Assembly (NCBI GenBank): GCA_963764165.1
Contig: CAVXRD010000002.1
Span: forward strand, 672,001 to 736,000
DNA length: 64,000 nucleotides
DNA from: an uncultured Verrucomicrobiae bacterium
GTDB lineage: Bacteria > Verrucomicrobiota > Verrucomicrobiia > Limisphaerales > Palsa-1400
Direction of reading: 5' to 3'
Part shown: positions 9,742 to 18,975 of the stretch, one piece after another
How positions within the stretch are numbered: position 1 is the first letter of the stretch
How the letters are laid out: each line of letters begins with the position of its first letter
Notes under the pieces: model-generated
The model's database searches: none
What the model saw: only the letters and a program-made list of their open reading frames with translations
What the model was told of the DNA's origin: nothing
Translations under genes and position numbers: made by a program

Positions 9742-10199
9742 GCGTTCGTGACAAAGGCATCGGGAGGCTTATCCCGCCGCACCACAATGAACCAGGATTG
9801 GTTCGCCTCTTTGTCGCCGCCGGAAATGTAAAATGGCGTGGTTGCCGGCTGCCGCCGTTTTCTCGCCAGCTTGCCGTCCGCATAAATGCTGATCGTCATG
9901 TCGTTTGTTGCGCCGACGGCGATTTCGACCTCGCGCTGAGGCGCCAGCTTCTGCCGAATCTTGCTGCCGGGGTTCACCTCGACGGTTTTGCGCGAGATTT
10001 CCCAGTAATTCTTCCACTTGAACATCTGCAAGCGGCGGGTGATCTGGGCGCCTGCCGGTTTGGCGTCCGCGGCGGGTGGATTGGCATCCTCGGTGCCGCG
10101 AATCAATTGAACGTAAAAGGTGACAGCCGATTTGTCGGCGGCGCTCGCAATGAGCGGAAAAGCCAGGGCGGCAAGGCAGGCAAAATGGCGCAATTTCAT
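9723..10199 (-). CDS. Secreted hypothetical protein
   Basis: Signal peptide MKLRHFACLAALAFPLIASA; no family recognised. Confidence 0.65.
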   Translation of the reverse strand: MKLRHFACLAALAFPLIASAADKSAVTFYVQLIRGTEDANPPAADAKPAGAQITRRLQMFKWKNYWEISRKTVEVNPGSKIRQKLAPQREVEIAVGATNDMTISIYADGKLARKRRQPATTPFYISGGDKEANQSWFIVVRRDKPPDAFVTNAYSFVR

Positions 10200-10315
10200 A
10201 CAGCTTCTCGCGGTCGGTGATTAGACGGCACGGGGGGCAGTGCGTATTCGGAAATTCGCAAGATAGGATTGCCATTGGTGGCGGAGGTGGCATTCTTGGC
10301 TTAACTTAAATTTCT

Positions 10316-10654
10316 ATGGATAAGCCAAAAATTGTTGCCTATTTGAAACCCACTTGCGGATGGAGCCAGGGCGTGCGCGCCGTTTTGCGCAAGTATGACC
10401 TGCCTTTTGAAGACCGGGACATCATCAATGACCCCAATCAACGCCAGGAAATGATCGAAAAAAGCGGCCAGATGCTCAGCCCGTGCGTCGAAATCAACGG
10501 CCGCATGCTGGCGGACATCAGCGGGGATGAGGTGGAGGCTTTTCTGCTTTCCAACGAACTCGTTCAACGCAATGAACGCAAGCCAGACGCGCCGACCAAT
10601 CAGCCGTGCGCCCATGAGATGCCGCAGTCGAGCCCGCTGCATTTTAAGGTTTAG
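10316..10654 (+). CDS. Glutaredoxin-family protein (monothiol CGWS)
   Basis: KPTCGWS, SGQMLSPCVEING. Confidence 0.85.
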   Translation: MDKPKIVAYLKPTCGWSQGVRAVLRKYDLPFEDRDIINDPNQRQEMIEKSGQMLSPCVEINGRMLADISGDEVEAFLLSNELVQRNERKPDAPTNQPCAHEMPQSSPLHFKV

Positions 10655-10661
10655 TTTGTGA

Positions 10662-10758
10662 GGTAGGACGCCTCGCCGAGGCGTCCGAGGCTGTGGAGTT
10701 TTTCGAACGCGTTTGGACTTGCGTGAGTCCCCGGACGCCTCGGCGAGGCGTCCCTACC
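10662..10758. repeat. REP-like doublet family A between convergent genes
   Basis: ggtaggacgcctcgccgaggcgtccg ... ccggacgcctcggcgaggcgtccctacc. Confidence 0.9.
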
Positions 10759-11889
10759 TTAATTAGTCGTGGGCAGGAAACGCACGCACATGGGGTTTTC
10801 TGTCTCCACTTTGCTGCCGGTCGGTTCCAAATGGCCGGTCGTTTGGTCTATTTTGAAAACGACGACGGTGTTCGATTCCTGATTCGCGGCCAGCAGAAAT
10901 TTTCCCGTCGGATCGATTTCAAATTGGCGCGGAATTTTGCCGCCGGTCGGGACGCATTCAACAAAGGTCAAATGGCCGGTGTCGGGATCGCATTTGAAGA
11001 TCGCGATGCTGTCGTGGCCTCGGTTTGAGGCGTAAACGAACTTGCCCGACACATGGACGGCGATTTCGGCGCACGTGCTGTTGCCGGAATAACCGGGCGG
11101 CAATGTGCTGATGGTTTGCAATTCGGTCAATGCACCTGTGGCGGGGTCGTAGGATAATGGGTTGATGGTGCATCCCATTTCATTCACGAGATACGCGAAG
11201 CGGCCATTTGGGTGGAACGCGAGGTGGCGAGGCCCGGCGCCGGGCTTTACTTTCGCGAAGGGCGGGTCGGCGGCCACCATGGAACCGGTGGCGGTGTCGA
11301 ACTTGAAAATCATCACTTTGTCCAAGCCAAGGTCACAGCCGTAGACGAATTTATCGCCCGGCCCCGCCACGAGACAATGGGCGTGCGGGCCTTCCTGCCG
11401 GCTCTTATCCACGCTGGAGCCACTGTCTTGAACAAAGGCGGACATCGGCTGAACTTCGCCGTTCGCCGCAAGCGGAAAAGCGGCGAAACTTCCGCTGCCA
11501 TAGTTGGCAATCAGCGCATTCTTGCCCGCGCTGTCCACCTCGACATAACACGGCCCTGAGCCTTTGGCCGGCTGCTTGTTCAAGAACGTTAATTTGCCTG
11601 CCGTCGCGTCGATGGCGAATGCGCTGATGCTGCTGGAATCGGCATTGCCGCCTTCGGTAATCGAATAAAGATATTTGTGATTCGGCGAAATATAGATGAA
11701 CGACGGATGCGCAATTTCCGCCGCCAATCCGATCTTGGTCAATGTGCCAGCCGCCGGGTCGAACCGAAACGACTCAATATTTTTCCGGCCGGAACCGACG
11801 AAGACAAGTTGCTGTTGCGCCCGCAAGCCGACGGGATACATCGCAAGCAGCGCGGCAACGGAAACCAGAGCGAATGGAATGAATCTCAT
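10759..11889 (-). CDS. pgl: 6-phosphogluconolactonase-family (7-bladed lactonase), exported
   Basis: ANYGSGS, RQEGPHAH, DLGLD, GAGPRHLAFHPNG, SNRGHDSI, GKIPR; signal peptide. Confidence 0.88.
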   Translation of the reverse strand: MRFIPFALVSVAALLAMYPVGLRAQQQLVFVGSGRKNIESFRFDPAAGTLTKIGLAAEIAHPSFIYISPNHKYLYSITEGGNADSSSISAFAIDATAGKLTFLNKQPAKGSGPCYVEVDSAGKNALIANYGSGSFAAFPLAANGEVQPMSAFVQDSGSSVDKSRQEGPHAHCLVAGPGDKFVYGCDLGLDKVMIFKFDTATGSMVAADPPFAKVKPGAGPRHLAFHPNGRFAYLVNEMGCTINPLSYDPATGALTELQTISTLPPGYSGNSTCAEIAVHVSGKFVYASNRGHDSIAIFKCDPDTGHLTFVECVPTGGKIPRQFEIDPTGKFLLAANQESNTVVVFKIDQTTGHLEPTGSKVETENPMCVRFLPTTN

Positions 11890-11891
11890 AA

Positions 11892-13172
11892 CTATTTAAC
11901 GGACATGACAGTGTAATTCCGCTTGCCCTTCCGCAACAGGAGGTGTTTTCCGAACAGCAGATCGGCACCCGTGACAAAACGCTGCGCATTGGCTTCGCGG
12001 ATATTGTTGATGTAAACGCCGCCGCCTTCGACATCCTTCCGCGCCTGGCCTTTGGATGGGCACAGGCCGGAAGCCGCGAGCAATTCCACCAGCGGCACGC
12101 CTGCGCCTTCCAGCTTCGCCGCCTCCAACTCGCGCGTCGGCACTTCGCCCACGATTTCGTTGAAGGTGCTTTCGGCGATTCCCTCCAGCCCGCCGCCAAA
12201 AAGAATTTCGCTCGCGCGGATCGCTTCCGCCGTCGCCTCTTTGCCGTGCAGCAAATCCGTCATGGCCGCGGCCAGCGCTTTGTGGGCGGCGCGGCCTTCG
12301 GGGCGCTCGGCGTGCTGCACCGCGAGCGCGTCGATTTCCTCGCGTGTCAAAAACGTAAAAAACTTCAGGTAGCGTATGACGTCGCGGTCATCGGTGCGAA
12401 TCCAGAATTGGTAAAAGCGATAAACGCTCGTCTTCCTGGGATCGAGCCAGATCGCGCCCGACACGGATTTCCCAAACTTCGTCCCATCGCTGTTGAGGAT
12501 AAGCGGCAGCGTCAAACCGAAAATGTGCGCGCCCGATTTCTTGCGCGTCAATTCCATCCCGGCCGTGATGTTCCCCCATTGATCGCTCCCGCCGATTTGC
12601 AGCTCGCACTGGTGCGCCTGGTAAAGATGAAAAAAATCGAACGCCTGCAAAAGCATGTAGCTGAATTCGGTGTAACTGATGCCGGTTTCGCGGTCGTCCA
12701 TGCGGGCGCGGACGCTTTCCTTGGCAATCATTTGATTGACAGAAAAATGCTTCCCGATGTCGCGCAGAAAACCGAGGAAGGTGACCGAGGTCGTCCACTC
12801 CGCGTTATCGACCAGCCTGGCCGGATTGCCCGCTTGCTCGAAATCCAGCATCTTGCGCAACTGCACCTTGATTCCCGCAATGTTGGCGTCGAGAACTTCT
12901 TTCGTGAGCAATTGGCGTTCGGCGGTGCGGCCGCTGGGATCACCGATCAATCCTGTGGCACCCCCCGCGACCGCGATAGGATGATGGCCGAGCAATTGAA
13001 ACCGCCGCAAGGCCAGCAGCGGCACGAGGCTGCCCACGTGCAAGCTGTCCGCCGTCGGATCGAAGCCCGCGTAAAGGACAATCGGGCTGGATTCGAGGCG
13101 TTTCTTCAGTTCGGGCGTGTCAGTGCAATCGGCCACCAGGCCGCGCCATTCCAATTCGTCAAATATATTCAC
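11892..13172 (-). CDS. tyrS: Tyrosine--tRNA ligase
   Basis: GFDPTADSLHVG, QIGGSDQWGN, KFGKS, C-terminal S4 domain LRKGKRNY. Confidence 0.98.
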   Translation of the reverse strand: MNIFDELEWRGLVADCTDTPELKKRLESSPIVLYAGFDPTADSLHVGSLVPLLALRRFQLLGHHPIAVAGGATGLIGDPSGRTAERQLLTKEVLDANIAGIKVQLRKMLDFEQAGNPARLVDNAEWTTSVTFLGFLRDIGKHFSVNQMIAKESVRARMDDRETGISYTEFSYMLLQAFDFFHLYQAHQCELQIGGSDQWGNITAGMELTRKKSGAHIFGLTLPLILNSDGTKFGKSVSGAIWLDPRKTSVYRFYQFWIRTDDRDVIRYLKFFTFLTREEIDALAVQHAERPEGRAAHKALAAAMTDLLHGKEATAEAIRASEILFGGGLEGIAESTFNEIVGEVPTRELEAAKLEGAGVPLVELLAASGLCPSKGQARKDVEGGGVYINNIREANAQRFVTGADLLFGKHLLLRKGKRNYTVMSVK

Positions 13173-13176
13173 AGCA

Positions 13177-14220
13177 TCAAACCATTTTCGTTTCGCCGGT
13201 GCCGCGCGCGATTTCGCCCACCATCCACGCCGCCTGGCCGCGGGCGCGGATGAATTTCAAAACGGCATCCGCCTTTTCCGCGGCCACGATGATCGTCATG
13301 CCGATGCCCATGTTGAAAACTTGATAAAGCTCGGTTTCGTCCACCCCGCCCTTCTCGCGAAGGACTTGGAAAATGGGCGGCGCATCCCACGAGCTTTTTT
13401 TAATGAGCGCATCGCACTTTTTCGGCAGCACGCGGGGAATGTTGTCAATAAAACCACCGCCCGTGATATGCGCAATGCCTTTGATAACGCTGTTGCCCTT
13501 GAACTTTTTCAGCAAACTCAGAACGAGCGTCCCATAACTGACGTGAACTTTCAGCAGCGCTTCTCCCACGGATTCTTTGAATCCGGGCAGAACACTCGTG
13601 GGTTTCAATTTCATCTTCTCGAAGAAAATCTTTCGGGCCAATGAATAGCCGTTGGTGTGCAGGCCGCTCGAGGCGAGACCGATGATCGCGTCGCCTTTGC
13701 GAATGCCGCGCCCGTCGAGAATTTGATCCTTCTCGACCACGCCGACGATCGTGCCGCTGACATCGTATTCGCCTTTCTGGTAGAACCCGGGCATCTGGGC
13801 GGTCTCGCCACCGATCAGCGCGCAGCGGTTGTCACGGCAGGCCAGCGCGAAGCCGCGCAGCAATTCCTCGAACACTTTCGGTTCCAATTGGCCGGTGCCA
13901 ATGTAATCCAAAAAGAACAGCGGCTCCGCGCCCAGCACGGCAATATCGTTGACGCAGTGATTGACCAAATCCTGCCCCACGGTGTCGTGCCGATCCATCG
14001 CGAAGGCGATTTTCAGTTTCGTTCCCACGCCGTCGGTGCTCGAGACGAGGACGGGCTGGCGATATTTTTTGACATCCAGCGCGAACAATCCCCCGAAGCC
14101 GCCGACTTTTCCCAACACTTCGCGCCGGCGTGTGGACGCGAGCAATTGCGGCAGCGTCGCCTTCACCCGGTTTCCCAGGTCGATGTCGACTCCCGCCGCC
14201 GCGTAAGCTTTTTGACTCAT
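13177..14220 (-). CDS. purM: Phosphoribosylformylglycinamidine cyclo-ligase
   Basis: YAAAGVDI, STDGVGTK, GGETAQMPG, SSGLHTNGYSL, HITGGG, FNMGIG. Confidence 0.98.
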   Translation of the reverse strand: MSQKAYAAAGVDIDLGNRVKATLPQLLASTRRREVLGKVGGFGGLFALDVKKYRQPVLVSSTDGVGTKLKIAFAMDRHDTVGQDLVNHCVNDIAVLGAEPLFFLDYIGTGQLEPKVFEELLRGFALACRDNRCALIGGETAQMPGFYQKGEYDVSGTIVGVVEKDQILDGRGIRKGDAIIGLASSGLHTNGYSLARKIFFEKMKLKPTSVLPGFKESVGEALLKVHVSYGTLVLSLLKKFKGNSVIKGIAHITGGGFIDNIPRVLPKKCDALIKKSSWDAPPIFQVLREKGGVDETELYQVFNMGIGMTIIVAAEKADAVLKFIRARGQAAWMVGEIARGTGETKMV

Positions 14221-14277
14221 GTTGGCGCACGTTACCCGCCGCAATGATTCGTGACAAGTTCTCTAAAACGCCTCGGA

Positions 14278-14350
14278 GGTAGGGGCGCCTCGCCGAGGCG
14301 CCCGGGTTTGCGCGTGAATCATGCCACGACCCGATCGGCGAGGCGTCCCT
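14278..14350. repeat. Degenerate REP-like doublet family A
   Basis: ggtaggggcgcctcgccgaggcgccc ... tcggcgaggcgtccct. Confidence 0.75.
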
Positions 14351-14360
14351 TTTGTCCAGA

Positions 14361-14455
14361 GGACATTTTTGCCGCACGTCTGTCGCGGCTGGCAATTATT
14401 TCCGTTTTCAGGACATGCCCATCACCACTGTCCCGGGCATGGGCGGTTTTTGCCG
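14361..14455. promoter_or_regulatory. Three putative enhancer-binding-protein sites
   Basis: ggacatttttgccg (14361), tggcaattatttccg (14390), gggcggtttttgccg (14441), upstream of a -24/-12 promoter. Confidence 0.45.
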
Positions 14456-14458
14456 GGG

Positions 14459-14474
14459 TGGCACGCCTGCTGCT
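14459..14474 (+). promoter_or_regulatory. Sigma54 -24/-12 promoter of the flagellar operon
   Basis: TGGCAC-GCCTG-CTGCT, exact GG-N10-GC spacing, 24 bp before the flgB ATG. Confidence 0.75.
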
Positions 14475-14497
14475 AATCGGGTGGAGAGCTTGGTATC

Positions 14498-14878
14498 ATG
14501 ATTGACGGAATATTTGCGGAGTCAGGTTATGTGGCGGCGAAGAAAATGCTGGATGTCAGCGTTCTTCGCCATCAGGCCATTGCCAGCAATCTGGCCAACC
14601 TCGAAACGCCTAATTATAAGCGCATCGATGTCGCCCCGTCTTTTGAAGCCGAACTCAGACACGCAGTCGCCAGCCATAATTCCGGCGAAATCGCCAGGCT
14701 GGCGCCCTCGCTCGCTGTCGACAAAACGGCGGTTTCGGGCCGCTCCGACGGCAACACCGTCCAACTGGAAACCGAGATGCTCAAACTGAACGAAAACACG
14801 GTCGAGAACACGCTTGAGACGCAATTGGTCAGCGGTTCGCTGGCGCAACTGCGGCTCGCCATCACCGGCAAAGGTTGA
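14498..14878 (+). CDS. flgB: Flagellar rod protein FlgB
   Basis: RHQAIASNLANLETPNYK, RSDGNTV. Confidence 0.95.
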   Translation: MIDGIFAESGYVAAKKMLDVSVLRHQAIASNLANLETPNYKRIDVAPSFEAELRHAVASHNSGEIARLAPSLAVDKTAVSGRSDGNTVQLETEMLKLNENTVENTLETQLVSGSLAQLRLAITGKG

Positions 14879-14886
14879 TTTGGTTT

Positions 14887-15321
14887 ATGATTAATCTCCT
14901 AAACGGCATCGACAGCACATCGTCCGCGCTCGACGCGGAGCGCATTCGCATGGATGTCATCGCGGGCAACATTGCCAACGCGAATGTCACGCGCGATGTC
15001 AGCGGCAAGCCGTATCAGCGAAAGGAAGTGGTTTTTGAATCGGTGCTTCGCGCGCAGCAAGACCTCGCCTCGCCGGAAGCGGGGAGTTCAACGGTGCATA
15101 TCGCGCGAGTCCAGGCCGACACTCGCCCTTTTCAAATGGTTTACAACCCCGGCCATCCCGATGCCGACTCGAAAGGCATGGTCGCCATGCCCAACGTCAA
15201 TATTAACGAGGAAATGGTCGACATGATCGCCTCCTCCCGCTCCTACGAGGCCAATCTGGCGGTGGTGAAAAATGCGCGCACGATGGCGATGCAAGCGCTT
15301 TCGATCGCCCATCATTCGTAA
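14887..15321 (+). CDS. flgC: Flagellar rod protein FlgC
   Basis: RMDVIAGNIAN, YNPGHPDAD, MPNVN..EEMVDMI..SRSYEAN. Confidence 0.97.
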   Translation: MINLLNGIDSTSSALDAERIRMDVIAGNIANANVTRDVSGKPYQRKEVVFESVLRAQQDLASPEAGSSTVHIARVQADTRPFQMVYNPGHPDADSKGMVAMPNVNINEEMVDMIASSRSYEANLAVVKNARTMAMQALSIAHHS

Positions 15322-15335
15322 CGAATTTCAGATAA

Positions 15336-15734
15336 ATGGACCCTATTTCCGCATTGAGAATGGCAGCAAGTCACGGGGCGGGCGGCGTTTTCCCAAACGT
15401 CACCAAGGACGCCGCGTCGACTCTTGCGAAGTCCATTCCGCAGGCGGAATTGCAGCCGTTGAGCAAGGCCGGCGCCGACACGGTGCAGCGCTCACCCGCC
15501 GTTTCCGGCAGTGGCGCGAGTTTTGAAAACATGCTGGGCGACATGGTGCATGACGTCGTCCAAAAGCAGGCCGCGGCGGGCACGGCGGTCAGCGGTCTTC
15601 TGAGCGGCCAAAACGTCTCACTGCACCAGGCCATGATTTCGATGGAAGAGGCCAACGTCTCTTTCCAAATGATGGTGGAAGTCCGCAATCGCCTGCTGGA
15701 CGGATACCAGGAATTAATGCGCATGCAAATTTGA
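15336..15734 (+). CDS. fliE: Hook-basal body protein FliE
   Basis: LHQAMI...EVRNRLLDGYQELMRMQI. Confidence 0.95.
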   Translation: MDPISALRMAASHGAGGVFPNVTKDAASTLAKSIPQAELQPLSKAGADTVQRSPAVSGSGASFENMLGDMVHDVVQKQAAAGTAVSGLLSGQNVSLHQAMISMEEANVSFQMMVEVRNRLLDGYQELMRMQI

Positions 15735-15743
15735 TAAGGCACG

Positions 15744-17360
15744 ATGAACAAGAACCTCACCCAATTAGGGCAGCAATTGCTGGGCATCTGGAAGCAACTC
15801 GGCCTCAACCAGCGCATCAGCATCGCGATGGCCAGCGGCGTTGTCCTGGTGGGACTGGCCGCGATGGCGTTTTGGTCCAGCCGCCCGGATTATTCGCTGC
15901 TTTACGGCAAGCTCGACGATGGCGAAGCGTCGAAAGTGGTCGCCGCGCTGGACGAAGCCAAGACGCCCTATCAGGTGCGCGGCGGCTCGATTTACGTCCC
16001 CACTGACAAAGTTTATCAAATGCGGATGCAAATGGCGGGCAAGGGAATTCCCAAGGGCGACGGCGTCGGCTTCGAAATTTTCGACAAGGCGAACTTCGGA
16101 ATTTCCGATTTCGTCCAGCACGCCAATTACGCCCGCGCCGTTCAAGGCGAGCTTTCCCGCACCATCAGCCAGCTTGACCAGATTGAATCTGCCCGGGTGA
16201 TGATTGTCATGCCGGAAAATCGCCTTGTGATTGACAACGGTCGGAAGCCGACGGCTTCGGTGTTTGTCAAAGTGCGCGGCAACGCCACTCTTCCACCGGC
16301 TTCGGTGAATTCCATCCGCTTCCTCGTCGCCAACAGCGTCGAAGGATTGCAGGCCAGCAACGTCTCGGTGGTGGACAATCTGGGCAATGTTCTTTCTGAA
16401 AACGAGGAGCCGGATTCGGTTGCCGGGATGTCAAATAATCAGCTCACCGCGCGGCGCAATGTCGAGCAGTACCTCACGAAAAAAGCGCAGGGCATGCTGG
16501 AGCAGGTTTTGGGGGCGGGCCAGGCGGTCGTTCGCGTTTCGGCTGAATTGAATTGGGACACCGTGACCCGCACGGAAGAAAAATACGACCCGGACGGCCA
16601 GGTCATCCGCAGCAGCTCGATCAATGACGAAACCAGCGATTCGGCTTTGGCCAGCGGCGGTGGCGCTCCCGGGGCCTCGGCCAACGCCGCAGAAACCAAT
16701 GGCACCAACGTTGCCGGCTCCAACCCGCTCAACCGAAGCAAGACCACCAAGAAAACCGTCAGCAATGAATACGAGATCAACAAGATCTCCAGCAATGTGG
16801 TGCAGGCGGCTGGCGGCATCCGCCGGTTAACTGCGGCGGTGTTCATCGCGGAAAAGTACGAAGGCACTGGAGCCACCCGCAAATTGGCGCCCCGCTCACC
16901 CGAGGAAATTCTGAAGCTCACTGGCATCGTGCGCAACGCCCTGGGCGTCGAGGAAAGCACGGACTTGAACAAGAAGGACATCGTTCTGGAAGAGATGCCG
17001 TTCAATGACCAGCCGGCCATGGAGCTTTCGATGAAGTTGGATCAGCAGGAGAAACGGCAGATGTGGATGGACGTCGCCCAAAAGGCGCTTTATCCGGCGC
17101 TGGCCATCGGAGCCATGGCGCTTTTCTGGCGCTTATGGAAGACGACCGCCAAGGATGAGATTCCCGTTGCCATTCCCCTCTATAGTGGCAATGGGAATGG
17201 AAATGGCAACGGCAATGGGAACGGAAATGGCAACGGCCACCGCAAAGCCGGCCAAGGCGTGGTAACGGTGGACGTCTTGAACCAACTGATTCGCGAGAAT
17301 CCAGCCAACATGACGCAAGCCGTCCGAAGCTGGCTCGCACGAGGCAAACCGCAGGAATAA
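15744..17360 (+). CDS. fliF: MS-ring protein FliF
   Basis: GFEIFD, FG.SDF, GELSRTI, PTASV, SVVD, two TMs. Confidence 0.96.
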   Translation: MNKNLTQLGQQLLGIWKQLGLNQRISIAMASGVVLVGLAAMAFWSSRPDYSLLYGKLDDGEASKVVAALDEAKTPYQVRGGSIYVPTDKVYQMRMQMAGKGIPKGDGVGFEIFDKANFGISDFVQHANYARAVQGELSRTISQLDQIESARVMIVMPENRLVIDNGRKPTASVFVKVRGNATLPPASVNSIRFLVANSVEGLQASNVSVVDNLGNVLSENEEPDSVAGMSNNQLTARRNVEQYLTKKAQGMLEQVLGAGQAVVRVSAELNWDTVTRTEEKYDPDGQVIRSSSINDETSDSALASGGGAPGASANAAETNGTNVAGSNPLNRSKTTKKTVSNEYEINKISSNVVQAAGGIRRLTAAVFIAEKYEGTGATRKLAPRSPEEILKLTGIVRNALGVEESTDLNKKDIVLEEMPFNDQPAMELSMKLDQQEKRQMWMDVAQKALYPALAIGAMALFWRLWKTTAKDEIPVAIPLYSGNGNGNGNGNGNGNGNGHRKAGQGVVTVDVLNQLIRENPANMTQAVRSWLARGKPQE

Positions 17361-17366
17361 CCAGCC

Positions 17367-18407
17367 ATGGAAGCTGACATCGCCGCCCACCAACTCACCC
17401 AAATGAGCCGCCACCAAAAACTGGCGACACTGCTGGTCGTTCTCGGCCCGGAAAGCGCGGCGCAAATCCTCAAAAATCTGGAGGAGCAGGAAGTGGAAAC
17501 CATTTGCTCCGAAATGTCGAAGCTCGCGCTCATCTCGCAGGAAATGCGGACCGCCATCCTGCGCGAATTCAGCGATATGGCGGTGCAAGCCAGCACTGGG
17601 ATCCTCGGCGGGCCAGCTTACACAAAGACAGTCCTGGAAAAATCAGTGGGATTATTTCGCGCCTCGGACATTATCGGCCGCGTCTCACCCGCCCCGGTTC
17701 CCATCGGCTCGATGCGTGAAATCGTGGAAATGGATCAGCGGCAATTGTTCAATTTGCTGAAGGAAGAACAGCCCCAGACCATCGCGCTCGTGGCGAGCTA
17801 TCTGGGTTCGGAAAAAGCATCGCAGTTATTGATGATGTTCACTCACGAGGCGCGCGACCAGATCATTGAGCGCCTCGCGACTCTTGGGCCAACCCCGGTC
17901 GAGGTGGTTGAAGCGATCGTGCAGGTTCTGGCCCAGAAGACAAACGTCAAATCCACCCGCGCCCTGAGCCAGACTGGCGGATTGAAAAACGCCGCCGAAG
18001 TCCTCAACGCGATGGAACGCAATTTCAGCGATCCGCTCTTGAACGAATTGGACCGGCGCAATCCCGAATTGGGCCAGGCCATTCGGAACAAGATGTTCAC
18101 GTTCGAAGATCTCATCAGTCTCGACACCGCCTCGCTGCAGAAGGTCATGAGGGAAGTCGATATGCGGGATCTCGCCGTATCCCTCAAAGCCGCAAGCCCG
18201 AAACTGAAAGCGGCCCTGCTGGGCTGCATTTCCAAGCGGGCGGCCGATACGGTGCGGGAGGAAATCGCCTTCCTCACCACGGTCAAGAAGAAGGACATCG
18301 AGGCCGCGCAGCAGCGCGTCATCGAAAGCGTCCGCCGTTTGGAAAGCGAAGGAGAATTGGAAATAAGCACTTCCCGAGGAGGCTCACGCGATGAAGCCAT
18401 GGTCTGA
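17367..18407 (+). CDS. fliG: Motor switch protein FliG
   Basis: EQPQTIALV, GG, MFTFEDL, SKRAA...REE. Confidence 0.95.
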   Translation: MEADIAAHQLTQMSRHQKLATLLVVLGPESAAQILKNLEEQEVETICSEMSKLALISQEMRTAILREFSDMAVQASTGILGGPAYTKTVLEKSVGLFRASDIIGRVSPAPVPIGSMREIVEMDQRQLFNLLKEEQPQTIALVASYLGSEKASQLLMMFTHEARDQIIERLATLGPTPVEVVEAIVQVLAQKTNVKSTRALSQTGGLKNAAEVLNAMERNFSDPLLNELDRRNPELGQAIRNKMFTFEDLISLDTASLQKVMREVDMRDLAVSLKAASPKLKAALLGCISKRAADTVREEIAFLTTVKKKDIEAAQQRVIESVRRLESEGELEISTSRGGSRDEAMV

Positions 18408-18975
18408 AAACATATCGTTCCCCAAACCCGTGCGCGCCGTCTCGCTCCGAACCGAGCAAAGCGACCGCGAAACCGCCCTCCACCAGCAGGCGCTGCTGCA
18501 AAGCTACGAGCGCGGCCGGCGAGATGCCGAAGTGGCCCTGAGCCAGCAACTCATCCAGCAGCGCCACGAAATTCACGAAATCATGCGCGGCGTTCTTGAG
18601 TCGCTGCGCCAATCCGTCCCGCAAATCATGCGCGACAGCGAAGACACGATGATTGCGCTCTCCCTTTCCGTGGCGCAAAAACTTGTCGCTGGCCTCCCGA
18701 TCACAGTCGAGATGGTGGAAGGCGCGGTTAAAGACGCACTGGCGCAAATTGAAGGCACCGCGCAATTCACCGTCCGCCTGCATCCCGCCGATTTGGAGCT
18801 GCTGCAAAAAGCCGACTCGCCGCTGCTGGCCAACGGTGACGGCGCAAAAGAATTTCGCTTCATTTCCGCCCCCGAAGTCACGCGCGGCGGCTGCATTGTC
18901 CACACGCAATTTGGAGTTGTTGATGCGCGCCGCGAAACGAAATTTGACCTGATCCAGCGAACGCTGACGGAATGA
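18391..18975 (+). CDS. fliH: Flagellar export protein FliH
   Basis: VRLHPAD, RGGCIV.T.FG.VDA; between fliG and fliI. Confidence 0.88.
   Translation: MKPWSENISFPKPVRAVSLRTEQSDRETALHQQALLQSYERGRRDAEVALSQQLIQQRHEIHEIMRGVLESLRQSVPQIMRDSEDTMIALSLSVAQKLVAGLPITVEMVEGAVKDALAQIEGTAQFTVRLHPADLELLQKADSPLLANGDGAKEFRFISAPEVTRGGCIVHTQFGVVDARRETKFDLIQRTLTE

Noticed and set aside
11943..13253. 436-aa ORF antisense to tyrS (and similar long antisense ORFs such as 58023-59231 and 5121-6152)
   Set aside because: Shadow ORFs expected in GC-rich coding DNA; no recognisable motifs
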